Positions 1 to 9,183 of a DNA stretch of 16,694 bases are shown in pieces. How positions within the stretch are numbered: the first letter of the stretch is position 1; every line of letters starts with the position of its first letter. The notes under the pieces are model-generated. The model was given only the letters and a program-made list of their open reading frames with translations. It did no database searches and was not told the DNA's origin. The stretch lies in IMG/VR virus record IMGVR_UViG_3300045988_130311; one strand, given 5' to 3'. The position numbers and the translations under genes were made by a program. This DNA is from a virus.

Positions 1-119
1 CACCCTGGACGAGGCTTTTAGCCTGACCGAAGAGGCCGGCTATATGATCTTGGACGGCTTGGGGCCGACCATGAACACCCGCTTAAGGTTCACCGGCGTG
101 CAACCTCAAATGTGGATTA
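1..119. repeat. Terminal overlap, copy 1 (identical to 16576-16694); circular-assembly junction
   Basis: Base-by-base comparison shows 119/119 identity between window start and end. Confidence 0.95.
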
Positions 120-979
120 CCTCGACCGAAGGCACGGCCGCTTCGACGTTCTTCAACACTCTGTTGGACGGCTTGCGCGCCGGCGACGTGCCCGAACGCA
201 CGGCGTGGTTCGACTTCGGCTTGCCCGACGACGAAGACCCCGAAGACCTCAAGGCCGTGGCACGATGGCACCCGGCCGCCGGCCTGTTGTGGGACTTGCG
301 CCAGTTGGCCGACTTCCGCCAGCAGTTCGGGGACAACAAGGCCGGTTGGGCGCGAGCCTTCGCCAACCGGCGCGACGTGGGCATAGCCGAGCGCATCATA
401 TCGGCCGACCTGTGGAACGCCACCACATGCTGGCCGATAGCGCCCGGCGACTTGGCCGGCCGCCCCGTGGTGTTCGGTGCCGCCGTGGACGTTGACGCCA
501 CCCACACGGCGATTAGCGCCGGAATATTGGAACACGACGGCACCGTTAACGTGCAGTTGCTCAAGGTGCTGGACGGCACCGGCGCGGCACCCAATGAGAT
601 AACCAGGCTGTGCGCCACCTACGACGCGCCCCTGTGCATGGACTCGCGCGGACCGAACGGCGACTTGTGCGACCGGCTGAAGGCGTTGGCCGACATCAAC
701 GGCGACCCGGTTGTGCGTTTCGTGGACATGCAAGCCGGCGATTTTCTCAGCGTGGGCCAGGCGTTCGTGAGCGGCCTTGAGAACGGCACCGTGCGGCACG
801 CGGCCGACACCGAGCTGGACGCCAGCGCGGCGAACAGCGCGCGCGCATGGAGCGGCGACGCTTGGCGCATATCACGGCGCGGCAGCACCGGCAAGACATC
901 ACCGCTCGAAAGCGCCATGCTTGCCGCGTGGGGCGTATCCCACCGGCCCGAACCCGAAGGGCCGTTGCAAATATTCTGA
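1..979 (+). CDS. terL: Terminase large subunit, C-terminal nuclease part (5-prime end lies at 16097 across the junction)
   Basis: Open frame from base 2 to the stop at 977-979. It has the acidic motif GAAVDVDATHTAIS typical of RNase H-like terminase nuclease domains. It lies directly upstream of the portal gene. Confidence 0.9.
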   Translation, partial: TLDEAFSLTEEAGYMILDGLGPTMNTRLRFTGVQPQMWITSTEGTAASTFFNTLLDGLRAGDVPERTAWFDFGLPDDEDPEDLKAVARWHPAAGLLWDLRQLADFRQQFGDNKAGWARAFANRRDVGIAERIISADLWNATTCWPIAPGDLAGRPVVFGAAVDVDATHTAISAGILEHDGTVNVQLLKVLDGTGAAPNEITRLCATYDAPLCMDSRGPNGDLCDRLKALADINGDPVVRFVDMQAGDFLSVGQAFVSGLENGTVRHAADTELDASAANSARAWSGDAWRISRRGSTGKTSPLESAMLAAWGVSHRPEPEGPLQIF

Positions 980-1050
980 CCATGTACGGCTGTGGCGGAC
1001 TGTGGCAGGCAATGGCGCGCGCCACTCGCCACGGCCATGCGTGAGCGCGC

Positions 1051-2211
1051 ATGATGTGTCGCATGAACGACTTCGGTTTTTTTCAGCGGCTACGCTTCGC
1101 CGGCAAGATCATCACGCGCGGCGTGGCCGCCGTGGACGACATGCCGGCCGAGATAATGCCGCCAAGCCGCACGGCCGCGTATGACCCGCTGCAACTGTCC
1201 ACCGTGTTCCGTGGCGTCCAGGTGCTCCAGACCGCAATCGCCGGCTTGCCGTTGCACGAAATGCGCGGCGGCGTGAAACTCAACACGCTTACGTCCATCA
1301 TCGACCGCCCGGACGCCAACCGAAGCCGCCGCGACTTCATAAGCGACATCGTGGCGTCGCTGTGCTTGGACGGCAACGCGTTCGTTCGCAAACTGCGCTA
1401 TGACGGCGAAGTGGTGTCGTGCCAAGTCTTGCCGCCGTCTCTGGTGACCGTGCGCGACGATGGCCGCGACCCCGCCGCGCCGGTGCTTCGCTATTCGTAT
1501 CTTGGCCGCGAGTACACGCCGGATGAAATCACACACCTGAAGTTCCTGAACGTTCCCGGCCGGTTGCGTGGCCTTGGCCCCATTTCGGCGGCGCGCGAAG
1601 AGGTGGAGGGCGCGAAGATGGCCCGCGACTACAAGGCCCGGTTCTACACCGATAGCAGCAACGTTAAGGGCTATCTGAAGAGCGACCAGAAGATCACGCC
1701 CGACAGCGCGAAACAGGCGAAGGACGATTGGGGCAAGGCCGGCAAGGCCGGAGACATCAAGGTGGTTGGCAGCAACCTAACCTATGTGCCCTTGGACATG
1801 AAGCCGGCCGACCTTCAGTTTTTGGAAACACAGAAGTTCGACACCACCCAGATCGCCCGCCTGTTGGGCATCCCGGCCAGTATCATGCTTGCCGCCGTGG
1901 ACGGCAGCAACCTCACCTATTCCAACATCGAGCAATCGTGGATTGAGTTTGCGGACTACACGCTGGCCGCCTACACGGGCGAGATCGAGGAACTTCTAAG
2001 TTCTTTGCTACCGCGTGGCCGCGTTGTGCGCTTCGACTGGGATAGTTCGCGCCGCGCCGATATGGCCGACCGTTACAACGCCTACAAGACCGCCATCGGC
2101 TCCGGGTGGCTCACCGTGGACGACGTGCGCGACCGCGAGGGCTTGCCGCCGTTGACGCCCGAACAGGCGGCCCAGATTCAACAGATCGGAGGAACCACCA
2201 ATGAGCAATGA
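1051..2211 (+). CDS. Portal protein, HK97 family
   Basis: 386-aa ORF immediately after the terminase, with portal-like sequence throughout and high GC3. The start is ambiguous between ATGs at 1051, 1054 and 1063. Confidence 0.88.
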   Translation: MMCRMNDFGFFQRLRFAGKIITRGVAAVDDMPAEIMPPSRTAAYDPLQLSTVFRGVQVLQTAIAGLPLHEMRGGVKLNTLTSIIDRPDANRSRRDFISDIVASLCLDGNAFVRKLRYDGEVVSCQVLPPSLVTVRDDGRDPAAPVLRYSYLGREYTPDEITHLKFLNVPGRLRGLGPISAAREEVEGAKMARDYKARFYTDSSNVKGYLKSDQKITPDSAKQAKDDWGKAGKAGDIKVVGSNLTYVPLDMKPADLQFLETQKFDTTQIARLLGIPASIMLAAVDGSNLTYSNIEQSWIEFADYTLAAYTGEIEELLSSLLPRGRVVRFDWDSSRRADMADRYNAYKTAIGSGWLTVDDVRDREGLPPLTPEQAAQIQQIGGTTNEQ

Positions 2212-3853
2212 GCACGACGAAAGGCTTATGGAGGCGCGCACGCTCAACGTCACCGGCCTACGCTTGCGTGACACCGGCGACACCGGCGACGGCATGACCT
2301 TGGAGGGCGTGGCCGTGCCCTTCAATCAGCGATATGCGCTGTTCAGTGATTACGCCGAGGTGATAGACCCCGATTGCGACTTCGGCACCCGCAAGACCGT
2401 GAAAGTGAGCCGCGAGCATGGCGACCTTATCGGCAAGCTGACCGACATGCGCCGCGAAGCGGACGGCTTGCACGTCGTGGCGAAGCTGGCCGACACCGAA
2501 AGCGGGCGCGAGGCCGCCGAACTGGTGCGTGAAGGCGTCTACGACGGCTTCAGCATCGGCTTCAGGCCGGTGGAAAACAGGGTTATCGACTCGGACGACG
2601 GCGTTACCGAAGTCCACCGTAGGGCAATCGACCTGTTCGAGGTGGCCGTTACCGGCATCCCCGCGTATCCGGCCGCCGAAATCACCGGCCAGCGTTCCCA
2701 GACCATCACAACCAACAACAACGACGAAGGAATGGAGGCACCCGTTATGGGCGACAACACCAACAACGAACAGCGCGATAACGCCATGAACGAACGCTTG
2801 GAGGCGTTCAGTGAGGAACTGCGCGGCATCAAGGCCACCGTGGCCGCCGGCATCCAGACCACCCCGCCGGCCGAGCTGGGCGGCGAGTTCCGCACCGCCG
2901 GCGACTATCTCAAGGCGCTGAGCGACGAACGCGACGCCAACCACGCGGCCGCCATCGACCTTATGCGCCAGACCCGCGACGCCATCGTTACCGGCAACAC
3001 CGGCAACACCGTGGCATGGATTGCCGATGACTTGCGCCTGATCGAACAGCGCCGCAAGGTGACGAACATCCTCACCCGCGACACGCTGCCGGCCACCGGT
3101 ATGAGCATGGAATACAACGTGGTTTCCGAGGACACCACGGCCGTGGACAAGCAGACCGCCGAGGGCGCGGCCCTGACCTTCGGCAAGGTGAAGTTCGGCA
3201 CCAAGACCGCCGACATCAACACTTATGGCGGCTACACCACGCTTTCGCGCCAGACCATCGAGCGCAGCACCACCCCCATGCTCAACACGGCGCTGAAGGC
3301 CCTGAACAACGCCTACGCGAAGTCCACCGAAAACGCCGTGCGCACCTACCTGTACGACCTCATCAAGTCCCAGCGCGACGCGACCGACAACCCGAACAAC
3401 ATCACGGCTCCGGCCGCTTTGAACGACATGACGACAGACCAGTGGGCCGGCCTTATCCTTGACGCCGCCGAGGTGATGGACGATAGGAACGCGGCCATGA
3501 CCCGTCTGGGCGTTTCCAAGGACGTGGCGCTGGCCCTTATCAAGCTCAAGGACTCGGGCAACCGGTTCATGGACATTTCCGGCAAGGGGTCGGATACCAT
3601 CGGCGCTTTCGACGTCACTGGCGTGGTGGGCGACCTCATGCGCGTGCCGGTGTACTTGCTGCCGAAGGCCCCGACCGGCACCGCCGCGTTCATCGACCCG
3701 ACCGCCGTCACCGTGTGGGAGAGCGGCGGCCCCACCCAGCTTTCCAACACCGACCCAGTGAACATCGTGGACAACTATTCGGTGTACGGGTACATGGCCG
3801 TGGCCGCGACCTTCACCGACGGCTTGTTGCCTGTCAAGTTCGCTGCCGCATGA
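2201..3853 (+). CDS. Prohead protease (HK97/S78-type) fused to HK97-fold major capsid protein
   Basis: GGAGGA lies 8 nt upstream of the ATG. The N-terminal ~170 aa look like a prohead protease (GVAVPFN..., REHG, GFSIGF, EVAVTGIPAYP). A low-complexity N/T-rich linker follows, then a coiled-coil delta-like segment and an MCP-like C-terminal part. No stop separates the two parts. Confidence 0.85.
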   Translation: MSNEHDERLMEARTLNVTGLRLRDTGDTGDGMTLEGVAVPFNQRYALFSDYAEVIDPDCDFGTRKTVKVSREHGDLIGKLTDMRREADGLHVVAKLADTESGREAAELVREGVYDGFSIGFRPVENRVIDSDDGVTEVHRRAIDLFEVAVTGIPAYPAAEITGQRSQTITTNNNDEGMEAPVMGDNTNNEQRDNAMNERLEAFSEELRGIKATVAAGIQTTPPAELGGEFRTAGDYLKALSDERDANHAAAIDLMRQTRDAIVTGNTGNTVAWIADDLRLIEQRRKVTNILTRDTLPATGMSMEYNVVSEDTTAVDKQTAEGAALTFGKVKFGTKTADINTYGGYTTLSRQTIERSTTPMLNTALKALNNAYAKSTENAVRTYLYDLIKSQRDATDNPNNITAPAALNDMTTDQWAGLILDAAEVMDDRNAAMTRLGVSKDVALALIKLKDSGNRFMDISGKGSDTIGAFDVTGVVGDLMRVPVYLLPKAPTGTAAFIDPTAVTVWESGGPTQLSNTDPVNIVDNYSVYGYMAVAATFTDGLLPVKFAAA

Positions 3854-4188
3854 TGTGCCGCATGAACGACGAACAGTTGTTGGCCCAGCTTCGCGACGAA
3901 GTGGGCGTGCCAAGCGGTGACGATGAACGACTAACCGCGAAGCTGGCCGCCGCCAAGGCGTATGTGGCAAGCGCCGTGGGCGCGGCATCCATCAAGGACG
4001 AAGTGCTGGCCGATTGCATTGTGTCGTGCGCGGCGGATCTGTACAACAGCCGCGACGCCCGGCTGGGCGTCATGGACGTGGGCGATTCGACTGTGGAACC
4101 GTTCAGGATCTCCACCGACCCGCTCCGCTCGGTCTGGCCGAAACTCAAGGCGGCGGGCGTGAACACCGGCGGGCTGGTGATCGCATGA
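3850..4188 (+). CDS. Head-tail adaptor / connector (gp6-like)
   Basis: The ATG overlaps the MCP stop (ATGA). The 112-aa product sits in the canonical position after the MCP. Sequence such as EQLLAQLRDEVGVPSGDDERL...AKAYV is typical of head-tail connector proteins. An alternative start is at 3862. Confidence 0.7.
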   Translation: MMCRMNDEQLLAQLRDEVGVPSGDDERLTAKLAAAKAYVASAVGAASIKDEVLADCIVSCAADLYNSRDARLGVMDVGDSTVEPFRISTDPLRSVWPKLKAAGVNTGGLVIA

Positions 4189-4553
4189 ACATCCAGGAAC
4201 AACGCGCCGCCCTCATGGACACGCTCGTCGACATGCTCGACGGGCTCGTGAGCAGTATCAGCATCGACGCCCAGCTGGTGCGCCCGGCCGCCGGCAAGGT
4301 GGCCGTGTTCATCGAACCGCCGGCCGTGGAATGGCCATCATGGGGCCCGCCAGAACCGGTCTGGACGTTGGACGTCATCGCCGGCACGCCGGCCACACAG
4401 CCATCCGCAGTCGATGACATCCTCACAGCGCTCGACCGGCTCGCCGAACGTGGCCTGAACCTGCAAAAGGCCACGCCCGCAACATGGAACCTCGCAGGAG
4501 CCGGCACGCTGGCGGCCTACCAGGTCACATTGAACGCTTTGGAAACCGAATAA
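4185..4553 (+). CDS. Head-tail joining protein (family not recognised)
   Basis: ATGA overlap with the upstream gene, 122 aa, high GC3, located between the adaptor and the major tail protein. Confidence 0.7.
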   Translation: MNIQEQRAALMDTLVDMLDGLVSSISIDAQLVRPAAGKVAVFIEPPAVEWPSWGPPEPVWTLDVIAGTPATQPSAVDDILTALDRLAERGLNLQKATPATWNLAGAGTLAAYQVTLNALETE

Positions 4554-4573
4554 GACAAGGAAAGGAAAAAATC

Positions 4574-4987
4574 ATGGCTGGAAAGATCCGCACGCTCGGA
4601 CCAGGCATCTTCAAAATCACCGACACCGAAAACGGCAGGGACTTCAGCGCCGACCTGACCAAAGCGCAGCTGAACCCGTCGAACAGCAGCGACGACCCGA
4701 CCACCTACCTCGACGGATCAGAGGAGACGAACACCACGACCACATGGACGTTCGAGGGCACCGTCGGCGACGACTTCAGCGAGGACGGTCTGGCCGTCTG
4801 GCTCTTCGACCACAAGGGCGAGACGCTGCCGGCCCAGTTCGTTCCGAACAATACCGGCAAGATCCAGTGGACCTTCAACGTCACCATCGCGCCAATCGCC
4901 ATCGGCGGCGACGTCAAATCGAAGAACACGAACGATCTGAGCTTCGCCGTCACGAACGTCGCCCACGCACCGTACACGGGCAAGTGA
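4574..4987 (+). CDS. Major tail (tube) protein
   Basis: Strong RBS (AAGGAAAGGAAAAAATC ATG) after a short intergenic gap. The 137-aa product has LGPGIFKI...DFSA...IGGDVKSKNT motifs like small actinophage tail tube proteins. Confidence 0.7.
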   Translation: MAGKIRTLGPGIFKITDTENGRDFSADLTKAQLNPSNSSDDPTTYLDGSEETNTTTTWTFEGTVGDDFSEDGLAVWLFDHKGETLPAQFVPNNTGKIQWTFNVTIAPIAIGGDVKSKNTNDLSFAVTNVAHAPYTGK

Positions 4988-5370
4988 TGGCCGGCAAGGC
5001 ATTGATGGTCGTCGGCCAGAAACGCTTCGTTCAGACGATGCGCGCGGTCGGCGCGGACATGGACGACCTGAAGGAAGTGAACCGCGAGGCGGCAGAGATA
5101 GCGCTGCCAGCGGTCCGCAACCTCGCGCCGCGCGGCAAGACCGGCAGGTTGGCCGGCAGCCTGCGTGTCGGAGCGACGAAACGCGCCGGCGTCATCCGCG
5201 CCGGCCGCAAGGCCGTGCCATACGCGGGCCCAATCAATTACGGCTGGCCGAAACGGCACATCCGGCCACGGCTCTTCGTCAACAACGGTGTCGCTTCCAC
5301 CGAGAGCCAATGGCAAAAGGTCTACAAGGACTTCATCGACAAGACACTGAAGCAAGTGAAAGGAAAATAA
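4987..5370 (+). CDS. HK97 gp10-family head-tail/tail-completion protein
   Basis: ATG overlaps the upstream stop. The motif APRGKTGRLAGSLRV...VPYAGPINYG resembles the HK97 gp10 family signature (P..TG.L..S...YA..vefG). Confidence 0.65.
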   Translation: MAGKALMVVGQKRFVQTMRAVGADMDDLKEVNREAAEIALPAVRNLAPRGKTGRLAGSLRVGATKRAGVIRAGRKAVPYAGPINYGWPKRHIRPRLFVNNGVASTESQWQKVYKDFIDKTLKQVKGK

Positions 5371-5642
5371 TGGCAACCACGAGAATCACCTACACGGACG
5401 GTACCAGCGAACTCGTGCCGATCACGATGCGCGCGACCTGCAAGGCCGAGGCGCACGCCATCGACGCGGGCTGGGGGCCAATCACCCAGTCACCCGTCCG
5501 TTCCGGCGCTTACGCGGCCTACGCGGCCCTGCGCATGGCCGGCCGCAGCATGCCTGATTTCGAGCATTGGCTGGACACCGTGGCGTCCTTCGACCTTGCG
5601 GCAGCGACGGAGGAACCGGAAGAGGGAAACCCTACGGACTAG
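5370..5642 (+). CDS. Tail assembly chaperone (G-like, zero-frame product)
   Basis: 90-aa ORF directly upstream of the tape measure gene. It ends just after a GGGAAAC slippery heptamer. Confidence 0.8.
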   Translation: MATTRITYTDGTSELVPITMRATCKAEAHAIDAGWGPITQSPVRSGAYAAYAALRMAGRSMPDFEHWLDTVASFDLAAATEEPEEGNPTD

Positions 5643-5800
5643 CCGCGTGGCCCCAAGACTCGCTCGGCCGTCTCTCGTTCCTCCTGGCAAGCCGTTTCGG
5701 CGGCACGCCATGGCAGTGGAGGAACGAGGCCGACGAATTGGATTGGGGCACCGGACTGGCCGAACTGCTCAAGGAAGCGGAAGAAACACGGAAGGAGTGA
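5370..5800 (+). CDS. Tail assembly chaperone, -1 frameshift fusion (G-T-like)
   Basis: The -1 frame is open from the slip site (5624-5630) to 5800 and ends 4 nt before the tape measure start. This matches the conserved G/GT architecture. Confidence 0.7.
5624..5630 (+). other. Programmed -1 ribosomal frameshift slippery heptamer G_GGA_AAC
   Basis: The X_XXY_YYZ pattern lies in the zero frame of the chaperone gene, 4 codons before its stop. Confidence 0.7.
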
Positions 5801-5803
5801 GCC

Positions 5804-7669
5804 ATGGCGCACAGCGCGATCATGAGCGTGCGCATCACCGGCAACGCCGATGATGCCGTCAAGGCGTTCGAGAAGACCACCACGAAGGCGGCCGCTTTCG
5901 GCAGCGCCATCGGCGGATTGGCCGTCAAGGGCGTGACCGCGCTGTGGGACACCATCAAGGGCTTCGCCGGCGACGTGGTGAACATGTCGGACAGCACCGA
6001 CAAGTTCATGAACACCATGAGCTTCGCCGGCATCGACACCAAAGCCGTGCAGGCAGCCACGAAGGAAACCCGCAAATACGCCGACGCCACCGTGTACGGC
6101 CTCGATGACATCCAGAACACCACCGCGCAGCTGGCGGCAAACGGCATCGGCAACTACATGGAACTGACCGAGGCGGCCGGCAACCTCAACGCGGTGGCCG
6201 GAGGCAACGCCGACAGTTTCAAAAGCGTGGCCATGGTCCTCACCCAGACCGCCGGCGCCGGAAAACTCACCACGGAGAACTGGAACCAGCTTGCCGACGC
6301 CATCCCTGGCGCGTCCGGCAAACTCCAGGAGGCGCTGCTGAAGAACGGCGCGTACACGGGCAACTTCCGCGACGCCATGGCCAAGGGCGAGATCACGGCC
6401 GACGAGTTCAACCAGGCGCTGCTGGACCTCGGCATGACCGACGTGGCGAAACAGGCCGCGACATCGACCAGCACCATCGAGGGAGCCATGGGAAACCTCG
6501 AAGCCGCCGTGGTCGGTGGTCTGACCGACGCGTTCAACCTGTTCAAACCTGCCGTGACCGGCGGCATCAACGCGGCATCAACTGCCGTGACCAGTCTGGC
6601 CACCACCGGCGTGCAGGGATTGCAGACGTTCTTCGGCCAGGTCAAGGACACCGGAGCGTTCACCGCCTTGCAGTCGGCCGCGCAGTCGGTCGGCGGCGGC
6701 CTGCAATCATTGTGGAACGGCATCATGGCGGTCGTGAATGCGATGACCGGAGGACAGCCGGCGGGAACCGCGTTCGGCAACGTGCTCAACACCGTCGCCA
6801 CGGCCGCGCAGACGGTCGGCGGCTGGCTGAAGACCGCCGGCGACTGGATCAGTCGAAACACGGATCTCGTGACCCCCCTCGTGGCCGCGATCGGCGGAGC
6901 CGTGGCGGCCGTCACCGCCGTCACCACCGCCATGCGGATTGCCGCCGTCGCTCAAGCGCTGCTCAACGCGGTCATGGCCGCGAACCCGATCATGCTGGTC
7001 ATCACGCTCATCGCAGCGCTCGTGGCCGGACTCACCTACTTCTTCACCTGCACCAACACCGGCAAGGCCGTCTGGTCGAGCTTCACCGGCTTCCTTGGCT
7101 CCTGCGTGCAGGGCATCATCGGCTTCTTCTCCGGTCTCGGCTCCACCATCGTCAACATCTTCAACTCGGCAGCGAACGGGGCAAGGAACGCATGGAACGG
7201 CGTAGTCGGCTGGTTCCGCGGACTGCCAAGCTCCATAGCCGGGTTCTTCGGCAACGCCGGCAGCATCCTGTACAACGCCGGCGCAAGCATCATCAGCGGT
7301 TTCCTCAACGGCCTCAAATCGATGTGGAGCAACGTGACCGGCTGGATCAGCGGCATCGGCGACTGGATCAAGGCCCACAAGGGCCCGATCAGCTACGACC
7401 GTCGCCTGCTCATCCCCGCCGGCCAGGCCATCATGACCGGTTTCGCACAGGGCCTCAACACCGGGTTCGACAGCAACGTCGAGACCGCTATCAGCCGCGC
7501 CAACCGCAGACTAGCGGCCATGCCCCTCAACCTCTCCGCCCAGGGCAACACGGCCACGCCAGTGGTCAACACCTGGAACGTGGAGATCAACGGCGAGGTC
7601 ATCGACAAGGACGGCACCGCCAAGGCCATCAAACGGCTTCTGGCCGACTACGACGCAAGGAGGTCGTGA
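5804..7669 (+). CDS. Tape measure protein
   Basis: 621 aa with RBS GGAAGGAG. The N-terminus resembles the TP901-type tape measure domain (ADATVYGLDDIQNTTAQLAANG, NWNQLADAIPGASGKL). The central part is a hydrophobic Gly/Ala-rich segment. Confidence 0.9.
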   Translation: MAHSAIMSVRITGNADDAVKAFEKTTTKAAAFGSAIGGLAVKGVTALWDTIKGFAGDVVNMSDSTDKFMNTMSFAGIDTKAVQAATKETRKYADATVYGLDDIQNTTAQLAANGIGNYMELTEAAGNLNAVAGGNADSFKSVAMVLTQTAGAGKLTTENWNQLADAIPGASGKLQEALLKNGAYTGNFRDAMAKGEITADEFNQALLDLGMTDVAKQAATSTSTIEGAMGNLEAAVVGGLTDAFNLFKPAVTGGINAASTAVTSLATTGVQGLQTFFGQVKDTGAFTALQSAAQSVGGGLQSLWNGIMAVVNAMTGGQPAGTAFGNVLNTVATAAQTVGGWLKTAGDWISRNTDLVTPLVAAIGGAVAAVTAVTTAMRIAAVAQALLNAVMAANPIMLVITLIAALVAGLTYFFTCTNTGKAVWSSFTGFLGSCVQGIIGFFSGLGSTIVNIFNSAANGARNAWNGVVGWFRGLPSSIAGFFGNAGSILYNAGASIISGFLNGLKSMWSNVTGWISGIGDWIKAHKGPISYDRRLLIPAGQAIMTGFAQGLNTGFDSNVETAISRANRRLAAMPLNLSAQGNTATPVVNTWNVEINGEVIDKDGTAKAIKRLLADYDARRS

Positions 7670-9183
7670 TGCAGCAATGCTTCATGTTCATCGACACCGG
7701 CAGCGGCTGGACGCCGGTGAACGATTCCGCCAAGGACATCGCGGCCCTAGACTCGTTCACCATCGATTGGGGCAGCGACAGCATCGACGAACAACCGGAA
7801 CCCATCGTGATGTCGTTCACCCTGCGCGACCGGACCGGACGGCTGGCCGGCCAGGCATTGACATTGGCCGGCATGAAAGTGGTCGTGCAGTTCTCCAACC
7901 AGCCGCGATGGATGGACCTGACGCCAGCGATGGGCAGCTGGCAAGATCTGCGCATCCCCATCGACTCGCTACACAGGGCGTATTCCCCAGTCTCTCCGGA
8001 CTCGCCGGACTCGCCGGCCATGACGATGTTCGCCGGCACCGTCTCCACCGGCGGCAGCGTCGAACCGGCCAGCGGCGGCGGGTGGCTGCTCAAACTCTCC
8101 GCCACATCGAGGATGGCCGTGTGGAAGCGCCTGCAATCCCAAGGACCGACAGACACGGCCGCGAAATGGAACGGCGCGCACTGGATAGGCACGCCGGCCG
8201 CACGCCTCGCGGAGATGAACCGCCGGGCATCGGCGCAGGGAGCTCCGGAAGCACAACTGGACGGCCTCGCCCTGCCATCAAGCGTCACGCCATACACGCC
8301 ATCCGACCATCCATCGCAGCTCGACCTGCTGCACCGGCTCACCGCCGGCCCACGACTCCCGCAATGGCATGAGGTCTACGACGGCGCTACATCAAGCCTC
8401 CGGCCATTGTTCCTCGCCGACCCGATCGCCGTGCACCTGTCGTCGGACGGCCGTCTCAGCATCCTCACCGGCGGAGAGACACGTCACGCGCTCTCGGCGT
8501 CCGACATCGAGGCATCGACCGATCTGAGCATCCCCGAACCATTGACTCAGGTCGTCATCAACGCGAAACGCGTCAAATCGGACAACGGCAAGCTCTCGTT
8601 CGATGACGTCGAGATCACGATGGGAGACCAGAACCGTCTGCCCTCCCAATTGACCGCCACGCAGAAGAGCCTCACCCTCGATTCCGACATGCTCGCAATC
8701 GATGACTCAGGCGGCGTGTGGAACAGCGGGGCCACGTCGAACGTCAGCGACACCGACCGCGCGAACGTCGCGCAATGGCTCGAATCGCACGACCTGCGAA
8801 TGGTCCCGGAGACAGTGACGTTCAACAGCACGCGAATCGACCCGGCGCGCCTGCCATGGCTGTACAAGGCGAGCCCGTCCGGCCCGTTCATCATCGTCAA
8901 GGCCAAGGCGTCGGCACTGACCGGCTCAGATGGCCGGCCTGCTTTCACCGGCCCCATCACGACCATCGGCGGGACGCTCTCATACCGGTGGCGCAACGGC
9001 AAGCCGACGCTCACCCAGGAAGCGACGCTGGCCGCGCTCCGGCCGCTGCTGACGAAACGGATCACATGGACCGACCTGCCCACCCTCAGCTGGCAGCAGC
9101 TCGACCTGCACATCTGCGACCTCTCGATGATCCAGATCATCGACACTTCTTCGCCCACCGCCGAAAAGGAAGGAACACAATGA
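7669..9183 (+). CDS. Minor tail protein (tail tip / distal tail candidate)
   Basis: AAGGAGG lies upstream and the ATG overlaps the tape measure stop. 504 aa, located directly after the tape measure gene. The part of track ORF 6712..9183 upstream of 7669 is Arg-rich out-of-frame junk overlapping the tape measure gene. Confidence 0.8.
   Translation: MQQCFMFIDTGSGWTPVNDSAKDIAALDSFTIDWGSDSIDEQPEPIVMSFTLRDRTGRLAGQALTLAGMKVVVQFSNQPRWMDLTPAMGSWQDLRIPIDSLHRAYSPVSPDSPDSPAMTMFAGTVSTGGSVEPASGGGWLLKLSATSRMAVWKRLQSQGPTDTAAKWNGAHWIGTPAARLAEMNRRASAQGAPEAQLDGLALPSSVTPYTPSDHPSQLDLLHRLTAGPRLPQWHEVYDGATSSLRPLFLADPIAVHLSSDGRLSILTGGETRHALSASDIEASTDLSIPEPLTQVVINAKRVKSDNGKLSFDDVEITMGDQNRLPSQLTATQKSLTLDSDMLAIDDSGGVWNSGATSNVSDTDRANVAQWLESHDLRMVPETVTFNSTRIDPARLPWLYKASPSGPFIIVKAKASALTGSDGRPAFTGPITTIGGTLSYRWRNGKPTLTQEATLAALRPLLTKRITWTDLPTLSWQQLDLHICDLSMIQIIDTSSPTAEKEGTQ

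Noticed and set aside
107-119. TGTGGATTA, a near DnaA box in reverse orientation inside terL
   Set aside because: It is a single copy with one mismatch inside a coding region, consistent with chance.
2270-2296. Short in-frame 9-bp tandem repeats (CACCGGCGA x2 here; CCGGCAACA x2 near 2991)
   Set aside because: There are only two copies each, inside coding sequence of a GC-rich genome. This is ordinary low-complexity sequence, not a CRISPR array or contingency locus.
2258-3988. 576-aa minus-strand ORF
   Set aside because: It is entirely antisense to the protease-MCP gene. Its Gly/Arg/Val/His-rich composition is the usual shadow ORF of a high-GC gene.
6712-7668. N-terminal 319-aa extension of the ORF ending at 9183
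   Set aside because: This part is extremely Arg/His-rich and overlaps the tape measure gene out of frame. A good AAGGAGG-ATG start at 7669 overlaps the tape measure stop.
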